Assembly (NCBI RefSeq): GCF_018350175.1
Contig: NC_058368.1
Span: forward strand, 179,988,001-180,052,000
Direction: 5' to 3'
Origin: Felis catus
Lineage: Eukaryota
DNA: 64,000 nucleotides
Positions 52,510 through 64,000 of this stretch are shown here, in pieces. Each line of letters begins with the position of its first letter. Positions within the stretch are counted from its first letter, which is position 1. Under the pieces are notes generated by a model. It was given only the letters and a program-made list of their open reading frames with translations, ran no database searches and was not told the origin of the DNA. A program made the position numbers and the translations under genes.

Positions 52510-52925
52510 ATATTTCATAATAAATGCTTGTTGCTGAGCACCAAGAATAAAGGGAATGAAAGTGATGTCATCTGTGACATCAGGGCTTACAGTCATCATA
52601 GGTAGGAGGCCAGTGGTAAACAAGGACAAACACCCTGTGATCACAAATGGAGAGAAGTACTATGAAGAAAATAAACTGGAGCTAGGAGAGACAGTCATGG
52701 GGGGCTGGGGGTCTTGCTGTAGGTGAGGGGATCAGGGCAGGCCTTTCTAGGGAGGTGACATTTAAGCTGATATGTGGGGGAGGAGAAGGAACCACCTTAT
52801 GAAAGGTGGTAAAGAACGTGTTCAAAGGACCTGGGCCAAAATGCTTATGGGGGCGTTTGAGGAACGAAGTGTAGTGAGCAGGGATGCATGGAGGAGGGGA
52901 AAGGGGTAGAGCTTGGATCACACGG
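52510..52925 (-). mobile_element. L2 fragment
   Basis: agggcttacagtc...gatcagggcaggcctttctagggaggtgacatttaagctga...gtttgaggaac. Confidence 0.65.
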
Positions 52926-53534
52926 GGCTCCATCCATGTTGCGTGTGTGGGAGCACGTGCATGTGTGTCAGAGACAGAGAATGTGTATGTGCACACACCC
53001 ATGCTTGCCCGTGGATGTATCTTTTCCCGGGAGGATTGGATGACCTATAACTTCCATCACATTTCCAATGGGATCAGTGATTTCACAGAACTCTAAGAAG
53101 ACTTCTGAATCAAAATTGCCCTTCGTCAGTCAACTAAAGCTTTGAAACAGTTGTGCCAAATGAATTTTTTTCCCCCATTCCTGGAAGCTCTGTGTTCTAA
53201 AGCAGAAAGTCAAGCATGTGTGCTGCCATTTCCAGGCTTCCTCTGAGGGCCTGGGTACCAGGGAAGGCTGCGGGGGATTTCAGTATGTGGCCCAGTATCC
53301 TCTGTAGCTGGTGTACAAGTGCCTGGACATGTTTGGAGTTTCGGTGGCCGCGGGAATGCAAGAACCCCCCCGCCCCCACACACACATACTCTAGCGGCAG
53401 GGGCCCATGGCTCTCAGGAGAGCATTAGGCTGTCTCTGGAGGAGAGCTCTGACGCCTGTCTCCTGCATGTGCAGCCCTTGCTCCGTGGGTGACTCCCAGG
53501 ATCAGTGAGTCACTGGCCTCTCTTGTGCTTACAG

Positions 53535-53678
53535 CCTCCTCAATGCCAACAAGATCAACTGCCTGCGAGTGAACACGTTTCAGGACCTGCAGAACCTCAA
53601 TCTGCTCTCTCTGTATGACAACAAGCTGCAGACCATCAGCAAGGGACTCTTTGCCCCTCTGCAGGCCATCCAGACCCT
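53535..53678 (+). CDS. SLIT3: SLIT3 exon 13 (144 nt, two LRRs), phase 2-2
   Basis: Acceptor tgtgcttacAG, donor GTgagt; translates [47 protein letters not shown](L). Confidence 0.97.
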
Positions 53679-53839
53679 GTGAGTATGCCCCCTCAAATGC
53701 CAGCACACGTGCAGGCAGCCAGTGACCCCAAACACCCAGGCACAGACAGCCCCCAAAATGAAGGCTAGGTGAGCGTGTCCCAGAGCATGTCTGGAGGCTG
53801 CGGTGAGAATGGCCGTAAGCTCACCTGTACCCGGTGCTC

Positions 53840-54035
53840 AACACTTGGCTGAGCACTTTCCCCGTGTTCAAACCTTTAGATCTCACAGCAACCCTGTGAG
53901 GTAGGTGTTGTGAAGATCCCTCATTTCTAGGTGAGCAAACCAATGGGCAGAGAGGTTAAGTAACTTACTCAAAGTTGCACAGCTAGTAAGAAACAGGATT
54001 CGAACAGGCTCCCCTGCTCGCTTAACCACTGTACT
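53840..54035 (-). mobile_element. MIR
   Basis: ctcacagcaaccctgtgaggtagg...cagagaggttaagtaacttactcaaagttgcacagctagtaag...ggattcgaac. Confidence 0.8.
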
Positions 54036-54820
54036 CTGAGCAGGCCCCATCTCTGCTAATAGCCCGATCCTCCCCACCAACACCCCGCACCACCCTGCAA
54101 AATCAACCCTCTGCTACAGGCACTCGGAATTTTTCACCTTCCCTTCAGGAAGCACTTCCTCACTGCAGAGGATCATAAATAACTCCGTTAGATAAATAAC
54201 ACCTGAGGACAGATCTCAGCCCATCCCAGGCCTGACCATGAACCTGGGGCTTCTGGATGTCTTCTAAGTCACCTGGCACTTACTGCCCCTAGCCAGAGAC
54301 AGGCGCCGATAAAGAGCTGAGAACAGCTGCTGCGTGTTGAACACCGACCATGCGCTGAGCGCTGCGCTGGCCCTGTGGAGTTTTCTTATAAGCCGGGCAG
54401 AGCCGGACCCACGGTGCTGCCCTGGTGATGATGAGGGTAACAGCAATACCCACTGCTGTATGTGGAACACCCACCATGAGCCAGTCACCCTGCCAGCTGC
54501 TTTATGTGCCTGGCGTTGCTGAGCTTAGAGAAATAAAATCCAGGCTGCTGTAAGCACATACCCTGAGCCTGTGACTTTGCCCATCACCGCTGGTGTGGGT
54601 CAGAATCGAGGTGAGTGGTGGGTCCTGCCCCAGGTCAGGAGAGCAAGGAGATGGCACCAGCTGATGCCAGCCACACCTGTGACCCCCTCTGGCACATAGC
54701 AGGCCTCAGGCCCCACCTGCTCTGCGTTCTGCCCGATGAGGAGGGGCCCAGCGCCAGGCACAGTGGCGGTGGAGAGTGGCACCCCGGGTCACTCCTGATC
54801 AATTCTCATCCCTCTCGCAG

Positions 54821-54984
54821 CCACTTAGCCCAAAACCCATTTGTGTGCGACTGCCACTTGAAGTGGCTGGCCGATTACCTGCAGGACAACCCCATCGAGA
54901 CGAGCGGGGCCCGCTGCAGCAGCCCGCGCCGGCTGGCCAACAAACGCATCAGCCAGATCAAGAGCAAGAAGTTCCGCTGCTCAG
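54821..54984 (+). CDS. SLIT3: SLIT3 exon 14 (164 nt, last LRR plus LRRCT cap of D2), phase 2-1
   Basis: Acceptor ccctctcgcAG, donor GTaatc; translates [54 protein letters not shown]. Confidence 0.97.
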
Positions 54985-57900
54985 GTAATCAGGTTACGGG
55001 GCTGGGCCCCACCTTCCGACTCAGTACTGCAGCCCCAGAGAGGCCAGTAATCCAATCTGGAGGACAGCGAGCGCTGTAATGGCTCCTAGGGAGCATCTTT
55101 GCAAATTAAATTGGGAAAATTCAGTTAGTCCTGCAGAAAACCAATTACCTTATGGATTTAAAATAAAACACACGCACACACAATAAAAGCATGGGGTGGG
55201 GCGGGGGGTGGTGCACAATTTCAGGAGAGACAGAACCCAGGTGGCAGCCTATCTCCAGGGTCAGGTGGAAGCTAGGGGAGGGGCAGCCTTTACACACGTG
55301 CCTTTTAGAGGATGCGATTTATTTTCTTTGAGTCTCCAAAGCGTGCTCCCCAAGTGGCAGATAGGGAAAGAAATGGGTCCCAGGCCAGGCTGCAAGCAGC
55401 ATGTAATGTTGGGAGGCTCCCATCCCCTCTAAGACCACCTTTGGTACAGCCCTCAGACCACAGTTTGTTACAGATTTCACAGACATTAGCTAGCTGTCTC
55501 CTCCACCCTAGACTGGTATAGTCTGTTCATGGAGAAAACAGCAAAGAGTTGTGCTCTCTAGGAAAGCAAAGCCTCAAACCAGTTTCCAAGCTCGTTCTGG
55601 AATCCTTCCTCCCTACCGCACCCAGGAAAGACACTGGGGGTGAATGCCAGAGGGGTTCTCAGGTCATCTTGAAAAGAGAAGTAGCTGTCCTTGACCTGAT
55701 AGCTAGATAAACAGGCAGTTAAAAATGGCGAGCATTTGTGCCATTTGCTACTGGAAAAAAATCACCACACTGCCTTGTGCTCCCAATGGTGAGAGATTGA
55801 TGGTATAATGTGCTGAGATGGGTTGGTGCCAACCGTCACAATCTGTGTGTCAGCAAGAGCCCTTCTTCTCCCCTGCCCAAGAGCATCTTATGTAAGCGAC
55901 TTCTCCCAGGGAGAATGACAGCATGGTTACCGGTCGCTGGGAGAAGAGCAGCAGACAGACTTCTCCTTTCATGTTGTTCTTGGCCTCTAAGTCAAATCCT
56001 TTAGTCCACGTCTCCAGAGTGATAAACTTTAGCTATTTTATCTTCTTCAATAGAACCTAATACCTCGAGAGGGCTTGGAGATACCACAGGGACTTTGTGG
56101 CAAAATGAGGCGTTGGTCCCAATTTGCCTGCCTCAGAATAACAATGTCAGTTTCTTACTTGTGATGAACTCTGTGCTGAGTGCATCTAGTTTGACTTGGT
56201 TCTTCCACTAGTCCTGTGAGATCACCCGGAGGAGTCCTCATTCTGCAGCTGAGGGAGCCAGGGACTCAGAGGTAAAGGGCACCCCATGGTCACAGCAAGC
56301 AAACAGTGGAGGCAACCCCCAGGTCTGGCTCATTCCTCGACACCACGCAGCATGTAGGAGAGAAGGAGCACTGGGAAAACAGTCCAACTGCTTGGATGAC
56401 TCTCTTCCTAGTCTATGGTCCTACCCCCACTCCCCAAAACTCTTTCCTTAAGTTCCTTCTTGGGCCAGCAGCATCTCTGGGAGGGAAACCCTCTCCCAGC
56501 CCTGGAGTGTCACCTGAGGCACAACCATCCTTCCTCAGGGCCTTTCTCATAATGCACACCTCTTCTTCCCTCTGTCCCCTCTGTTCCTATCCAAGTCTGG
56601 GAGTGGGGGGGGAGCTGACTTAATTAGCTGTAACAAGCAGTTGTGCCCCAGAAGAGGGGGCGATAAGAAGCAGGGGAAGGCAGAGTGCCATCTCCCAGCC
56701 CCAACCCCTCAGGCTCACAGGGGACCCGTCAGGAGCTCAAGGATTTGTGTTGATGCCAAGACCATGGGGCCACACAAAACAGGAGGGGGATCGGCCCAGG
56801 GTCTGAGGATGGCATCTCCCGGAGACAAAATCTTGGCAGGTGCCTAGGAATGACTGTGGGCTGGGACTAGGGGTGGCAGGATGAGGGTACAGATGGAATG
56901 AAGTAGGAGAAAGAAAATAGCAAGCTGACCTAGGGGACAGTAACACATAGTTCTCTTGCTGTGCCACTACCTGCCTACCTTTGCATGGGAGAGATCCTGG
57001 CTGCTTTTCCTGCGGAGGGCAGGAGTGCTTGGAAATTTTAAAAAGAAACAGAAGCACAGGGTTCTTGGATTGACCCTGTCTAAAAGATTTTTTTTTAAAT
57101 CAATACTAAGCAGATTATTCCTGTAAAGGTAGGGAATGTCAGAGCTGATGCCTGACAGATAGCATTCTATGTGCCATTATTTCATGTAGCTGCAGAGAAG
57201 AGAGGTAGAGAGACCTACTGGTGAGTATCAAAGGCCTTGGATTTGACAGACACTGGGGTCCAGGCCCGCCTTGGCTTTAGGGGATACAGAAGCCATAGGT
57301 CTAAAGCTTTGTGTTTCCAGGAAGCTCCAGAAGGAGGGTCAGGTGATGCATACTGGAGTTGACAGATAATAACTCTGCATTTTACTTTCCCCTAAAAGCA
57401 CCCCCATTGCAAAGACAGCTGATGTAATTAGAAGCCAATTTGAGGGCTGCTCCTGCAATGCATAAAGCCCCTCCTTAGGCAGGGCGTCTGGTTCCCAGCT
57501 GCCCTGTGTCTGCCTCTATCAGCTGCATCCGCCGCCCTGGGCAGCAGTATCTGGTTAGAGGTGAATGCTGCCAGCTGGGGTAATCTGACCATCAGATTAA
57601 GTCCCCCTGAAAAGCCGCCGTCTGGCTGCCTGGGACCCCAAGTCCATCCTCAGGGGAGCACTTGGCAGTTGGAAGATATCTTCCATCACACCTCCTTCCT
57701 TTGTGTGTAGCGATCTGTTGGCAAGAAGAAATTCACAGTGAAAAGTACAGAGGGTGATGACACAATATGAGAAAAGATGGCCAATAGCAAGATACTGCTC
57801 AGGTCATCACAGAGTTTTAGAGAACTCAGAATTCACACAGTCCCTGCTAGAAATGAAGAAATTGAGGCCTACACAGCAGGAAAGTATTGTCTGAGGTTAT

Positions 57901-59289
57901 AGAGTAGGATTTTCAAGATGAGATCTGAAACCCAGGACATTCAATGTGCTGCGAAGATTTTCTCTCTTGTCCCTCCTTTTTGTTGTTGTTGTTGAGGGAA
58001 ATCAAAGAGAAGGGTTAAAGGCTTGGGGGCAGGGGCACGAAAGGGATGGATTTTTCCTGCTCTGGTACCAAGGCCCTGATCCAACTTGAATGTGAAATCC
58101 CAACAACCAGGGTGTTACAGAGCCCTGCATGTCCAGACATCAGAGCAGAGTTGAGACTAGAGTACAACGGCCACTCTAGCTGGTCAGATGGGAGGGCTTT
58201 GAAAGAGGTCAGACCTGGGGCTGTGGAGTGACCTTGACTCACTGGTCAACCATTGCAGATAACCTATGCACTGTCAAGATGCTGTGACCATCTCGCCCCA
58301 AAAACACATTGTAGGGGAACAGTGACTCCGTTCCTCCTGTCAGAGGCCAAGAGCAGGGAGGATCCCAGTCACCTGGCCCTGACTTCTGGTCTGTTCAAGA
58401 AGTACATATCTCCTCCCAGTGGCTTGGGAGGAAGTTCATAAAAACTGTCGCTGATCTGTTGCAGATAGGGACATGGAGACTGGACGCCCTCACCTGGTCC
58501 CATGGCACCCAGAAAGTTTGGTTGTTGGTCCCTCCACCCACTGCCATGATTCACAACCATGGAGGAAATCTGCAATCAGGAAGGACCCTAGAATCTGGTG
58601 TCTTCCCCCTTTCCTTCCTTCTCTTAGTCTGAAAGAGACTACTCATCGTGATGGGAACTGGTCACTGTTCTCAGACAGTTGTGACTGTAGGTTTTCCAGT
58701 CCCAAATGCAGGGCCCCATTGGCTTTCCCATCTTTTTCCTTGGCTAGGGACGTGTATTTTCTTTTGATACCATACCCCGCCCCCGCCTTCTCCATTACAT
58801 GTTGAGTCATCTGGAATGAATGTCTGTCAGCCAGAGGGTTTCTGGGGGTCCTTGAAGGATACTGAGGAAATTTCTGAGGTATGGAATATGAAAGGGGCTT
58901 TTCCTAAAGAAGAGCATTGCAGCTTCGTTAGGCCACTGGGAGTTGTGGCTTGTCTCTTCATGCAAGGGGCTGGGGGAACAGACTGTTATGGATCCACTGT
59001 GCTGTGGGGATGGGCCCCAGGATGCAGAGTGTGCAGAAGCTGCTTCTGCTAAGTGTGATGTCTTGGCAGATCAGTGGTACGATCAAGCGGGATTTAGAGG
59101 TTCTGTTCAGGCCCGTGATATGACCGGAGACATCTGCGGTCATAACCCATTGTGCCCTGATTCTCCTGAGCAGGGGTGTCCAGTAGTCTCCCGCCCGATC
59201 TCCTCCCTTTCCCCTGTGACTGCCCCAGGGCGGGGTCCAAGGGCAGTGGGGCTCCTGTCTTCAGAAGTGTTCCTGTGGAACCCTGCTCC

Positions 59290-59680
59290 TGGTACTAATC
59301 ACGCTCCGTGGGGGCCTGCTCCGGCTTCCGCTTCTCCACGCTGCTTCCTCTGAGCGCTCCTGTCCTCTCTCTGACGCTGCTTCCTGACCTTGATTCTGAC
59401 CAGTCGCCGCGGGGCTTTCCTTTGTGCTTGATCTAACCATGTGGTGGAACGATGGAAACGGAACATGGTTCTGTCAAGCACCGCGGAAAGCTCCGCGCTC
59501 TCCTGCAGCATGGCCCGCCGCCACCGCCACCACCGCTGGACATCTTCTCTGCTCTGGAGCACCGCAGCCCGCCATCTGCCAGACCCACCTCTCCTGGTCT
59601 AGCCTCACGGAGGGCGGGGGGCGGGAGCCTCGGAGGATCCGCAGAGACCTCCACCTCCAGGTAGCGGATACGGGCTGAAA
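59290..59680. promoter_or_regulatory. Small GC/CpG-rich patch around miR-218-2
   Basis: CpGs are visibly dense (ccgcgggg, ccgcgg, ccgccgccaccgcc, gggcgggggggcggg) against CpG-poor flanks; not computed. Confidence 0.55.
59398..59507 (+). ncRNA. MIR218-2: miR-218-2 stem-loop (mature 5p 59422-59442; 3p about 59464-59485)
   Basis: Contains TTGTGCTTGATCTAACCATGT (miR-218-5p) and the complementary arm CATGGTTCTGTCAAGCACCGCG. Lower stem CGCGGGGCTTTCC pairs with GGAAAGCTCCGCG. It sits in SLIT3 intron 14, the known host position. Confidence 0.98.
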
Positions 59681-60519
59681 TGGGTTTGGAGGAGCACACT
59701 GGGGACAAGCTAAGATCTAGAACCACATCTCCTACCCCAGATGGAGGCATCACCCCCTCCCCCAGGCTACTCTGGATGCCGGCCAAAGGGTAAAGTAGCT
59801 AGGCTGAAGCTCAGAAACCACTGTTTTTCTTCTGTTCAAAGAGAACAGGTACACCCAAGGCCTGTGCCCCGTCATTTCATGGAAAAGTCCCAGTGCAAGG
59901 TCATCTTCCCAAGTGGTAGCTAACCCAAAGGTCATACTGCTTTGTGACCTACTCCCTCTCCTCTATCTTTACCAGAAGCATCGGGGATAAATGTGAGCAT
60001 GAGAATTAGTGAGAGTGGCATGAGTCTGAGACTTTGGATTTAACTCGCACCTCCTCCTGGACCCAACCCCCACTCCTCATGAGTACATTGGCCCTGGTCC
60101 CCATGTAGCCTAAAGTCCAGGCTGTTATCTTGACCTTCCGGGAACAGTTAACATGTGGCCCAAGAGCTGGGCTCCTCACATGGAGCTAGTCCAGTGCCAC
60201 ACGAGGGCTGTGCAGAGATCTGCTATCTCTGATAATCAAGAGAGGGATCTTGGCAACCCCCGTTCTGTTTGTTTCTTAGTAAATCCTAGGCTCAGTGTAA
60301 CTAGAAGATTGTGGTTTTGGTTCATGCCATGAAGTCTGTGTCCCACCCCAAATGAGAGAAAGCCATGCTGGGAACCAAATCCTGGCATAGGCCTGGAAGC
60401 CAGCTCTGGCCTCTCATGGTAACATGTGACTTGACTGTCTCCCTCAGGTCACCCCTCAGAGCCAGGGCCCAGCCGTTGCTGAGTAACAGAGTCCTGTTGG
60501 CCTTTCTGGATGCTTTTAC

Positions 60520-60670
60520 CATTTACTGAGTGCTTACTCTAGGTCAGGTGCTGAACTATTTCGATCATTACCTTGTTTTAATTTTTACAACAACCTTATA
60601 AGTCCCATTTCACAGATGAGGATATCAAGTCAGAGAGGTTAACTAACTTGCCCAGGCTCAGATGGCTGCT
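60520..60670 (-). mobile_element. MIR
   Basis: catttactgagtgcttact...cccatttcacagatgagga...agagaggttaactaacttgcccagg. Confidence 0.75.
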
Positions 60671-63600
60671 CTTTCCAGCTATAATACTCACCCTTCCTAG
60701 CTACGGACAGTCTCATCGCCTTGAATTAGAAAATGAAAAAGAATGATAAGATTGACTTGAATGGATAGGGAGTTGAAAAACATTTTAACACTCCCCCTCA
60801 AGCTTGCTTCTGTTAATGGAAAAAAAGTTGAGTAAGCACATGAGCAAGCAGTGCTGTTTGAATGGCTCCTCCCTCCAGCATGGATATACCAAGATCCATT
60901 TGGTACACAACAAATCCCTGATCCTGGAGCAGTCCCCTATCCTGAACAGAGGGGGCATTCTGAGTGCCTTGGCACTGCCCCCACCATGACAGGGGCCAGG
61001 CCTCTGGTCCACAATGGCACCTTCACGGGCACCTCCCTGGTTCTGCAGCAGCAGGCTTGTGACCAGGCAGTGCCCAGCTGCAGGCCATGGGCATTTCCCT
61101 CTGGTTTCAGGCAGATGGCTGCATTCATAATAGACTGTGATGGGGATAGCTTACGAGGACAGCTGTCTGCCCAACTGATCACCAAACTCCTGGTAAAACA
61201 GTTGACATTTTCTAGTCACTGGTATCTAGTCCCCCAGCCTTTGCCCATGAGTGGATAACTGTGTGCCTGGCAATGTTCTCTTGATTCCATTCCTTACTTA
61301 CAACCCTTTGCTTGTCCACGTGGCTCTCTCTTCAAGCTGACGATCTCCCCCCCAATTCCTCTTTCTGCTCCTTTCCTCCTTTCATCCCACCCACGTTAGG
61401 GATATTGGAGGTAGAAGAGGAGAGCTCTGGACACACGTGCATTGGCAGGGCCATGGTCATCAGATAACAGTGAATCTGTGACTTTCATTCGACAAACTGG
61501 TTGCCCAAAGAATGACACAAATCCAGACCGCTAAGGACAGCAGCCATCCTGGGCCCAGCACTGGCCTCTGCAGCCAAACCCATCCACAGAGTGGGAGCTG
61601 TGGCTCCCTACCTGCCCCAATCCCATGACCATCCAGATGTTAAGTACATGCTCTCCTGGGAAGTGGCCACAGGGCAGGGATTCGTAATAAAATCTCATTG
61701 CTATGGATTTCCACCCCCTGGTCTATTAAAGCTCTCTGTGATCACGTACCAAGTGTCGTTGTTCTGAGCTGCCCGCGTAGAGGGAGGAGGGCTACAGGGG
61801 CAGGAACAGGCGAAATGCCAGATGACATCAGCTCTCCCATGACCCATTTCAGCCGGGGTTTTGTTTTATGGTCCTTCTTCAAGTCCTCCGAGATCTCTGC
61901 TGTCTGAACTCTCCCCAAAGAGAAGAAGCAGCGGCCTCTTCAGTTACTCCCCTCCTCCTAAGTATTTCTGGCAGTGACAAATATGCATTGAGATTGAAAT
62001 TGACTTTTAAAGCTCTGGAAAAGTTAAAAATACTTTTGGGTAGTTATGAGCATTAGGCATAACAAATGGCTCCGAGAAACCCAGGGTAGTTTCGGTAATG
62101 AAATATGAAGTGATGGGGGTGGCATTTCAGGCTGCCTCTGACTGGGGAAGGAACTCTTTGGGTTACGTGCAAACGCCGTTATTAACATTTCTGGCTGCCA
62201 CTCAAATAAAATATCACACTCCGACCCCCTCATTACTACAAACCAGGGCAATAACAAAAACAGCAGGGGGGGGATGCTGGAAAGAACATATTAGTCCATT
62301 GAATCTAATTGCAAAATCATTTCATTAAAATGGGTCAGCGGTTCCATCGCAGAGGTCCACCAGTTATAATCTAACTATACTACAGAGAGCGATTCCTGCT
62401 AACTACAGACGCCCTCACCTTGATTAAAACGAAAACGCATTTAATCGGCGGCAGTCCCCAGCCACAGCCCAGCCAGGGTACATCTTCAAGCTCATCGTGT
62501 TGAAGAGCAGCACACTGTGCTCCCTCCTGTCTTTCAGAGGCATTTGATCAGTGCCCAGGGTTCCTCCACTTTGCAGGGATTCCATTGTAGACACCTTCTG
62601 AAAGAAAAATATATGCATATGTGCAAAATGCCCCTTCACGCCATCACCGTGTAGAACCACTGGCAGGGAGCAAGAGAAGATTGTCATTTAGCAGGGTTTG
62701 CAAGATGAAATTCATCCAGGACACAGCATGCTGATGTGTCTGGAGGAAGATGGCCCAGGTCAGAGTTATTCAGTGGGAGGGATCCTGGCAAGCCAAGGGC
62801 AAGAGATTTGCATAATGCATTGGATTAGGAAGCAGCCCAAATAACTGCGGGGATACGTGCTCAGATTGTGCTCACACAAGCCTGGGAGTGGAAGGGTGGG
62901 ATGAAGGAGGGGGACAAGGAGGGAGCAGAGGGAAAGGTCCAGGCCTCTGATACTCTGTCTTAAGTAGAAGACACTTCAGAATCAGAGACTTCATTCCCAG
63001 TCAGGAATTGGCATAGGGTGATAAGGTGAGGGGGAAGAAACCAAGAGCATGGAAGATGTCTGCTTCCTGCCTCCCATAGCCCTCTGCAGGAAAGTGCCAA
63101 CCAATCTACCTCTGCCAAGTTGGACTTTATGATCAGTTCTAGAAGGACTGGAATAAAGGTTTTGTCAAAATGCACATCTGCAGGAAAGCATAGTATTAAT
63201 CACACAAGCCTTGGCTTCAGCCTGACTGGGTTCATCCCTCTGTCATATATCAATTGACCTGAGAGCCCCAGTTTTCTCTTCTAGAAAATGGACTCACAAT
63301 GATCTCGAGAGTGTTGCAGGGATCAAATGGACTTACTCATTTGAAGTTTGATGAATAGTGCCTCGTTCATGGTCTGTGCTCCATAAATGTCAGCTATTAT
63401 CACTAGCTACACTGATATTTTAATGGCCTCTGATATGCCAAATATTCCACTAAGTTCTTGAAAGCAATAGTAGTAGAATCATAGATATTTATACGATTCT
63501 TTACCCTTCCCCAGAGACTCTTCACTGCCTCGCTCTTCCTTGCATTTTCACGACCACCCCTGTGAGATAGGGGCAAGTACTAGATTCCCATTTTACATGT

Positions 63601-64000
63601 GGACAGACTGAGGCTAGTGAGTGCCAGAGCCTGGACAAACCCACTACTGCTAAAACTTCTGAGCTGCTAGTGCCCCACGTTGCCCCTAATGCAGATAAGA
63701 TCACCAAGGTCTGTCTCAACCAGTTAAGCGCTCCAGTGATGTCCATGTTCTCTGAAACACTTTCAGAAATACTTACAGGACAACTGATGTGCTATTACAC
63801 CTCGGGCAAACATGGACCAAGCCCATGTTTTGTACCTAGCATGGTGCTAATGAAACGTTGGCCCCTGCCAACTAGCTGGTGGCTGGTAGAAGAGCCAGGG
63901 TTTCCCCAGTCACCTCCACTGTGATTGCTGGTCTCACGAGGTTTGCCCAGGTACCAAGCAAGGGATTATTTCCAATCAATAAAGCAGTACCCCTGGACAT

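Larger units (their letters stand above)
1..64000 (+). other. SLIT3: Internal segment of the SLIT3 gene (end of intron 6 into intron 14); the gene extends beyond both window edges
   Basis: Eight ordered exons translate to the SLIT3 D1/D2 sequence, and miR-218-2 follows the exon ending KKFRCS. Neither the upstream exon nor the next exon (GSEDY...) was found. Confidence 0.97.

Noticed and set aside
54985..59397. Search for an AKEQYFIP-type 24-nt microexon as in SLIT1/SLIT2
   Set aside because: No matching AG-flanked sequence seen by eye. SLIT3, as I recall, joins KKFRCS directly to GSEDY.
59299..59786. Overlapping ORFs around miR-218-2, including a poly-Pro/poly-Gly stretch
   Set aside because: Explained by high GC content and a short CCG/CCA repeat; no coding signature.

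Overview
Mammalian genomic DNA, almost certainly felid, since it carries several felid-type CanSINE (SINEC_Fc-like) copies and a felid-type L1 3' end. The whole window lies inside SLIT3 on the + strand. Eight coding exons with canonical AG/GT sites splice into one open 902-nt frame. They correspond to human exons 7-14 (numbering from recalled human structure) and encode the end of LRR domain D1 and all of the Robo-binding domain D2. The miR-218-2 hairpin lies at 59398-59507 in intron 14. The rest is intron: CanSINEs with target-site duplications (TSDs), truncated L1s, MIR/L2/CR1, MER5/MER58, a MaLR LTR, microsatellites, a 283-bp pure-pyrimidine minisatellite and several TAAT/ATTA-dense candidate enhancers. 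I found no convincing wholly new system. The best leads are: (1) a possible intronic poly(A) isoform after exon 14 giving a D1-D2-only SLIT3 that ends before miR-218-2; (2) an Isl1-Lhx3-like element in intron 6; (3) inverted CanSINEs bracketing an in-frame, stop-free exon 7-9 or 7-12 circle. Repeat family names and boundaries are by eye and approximate.
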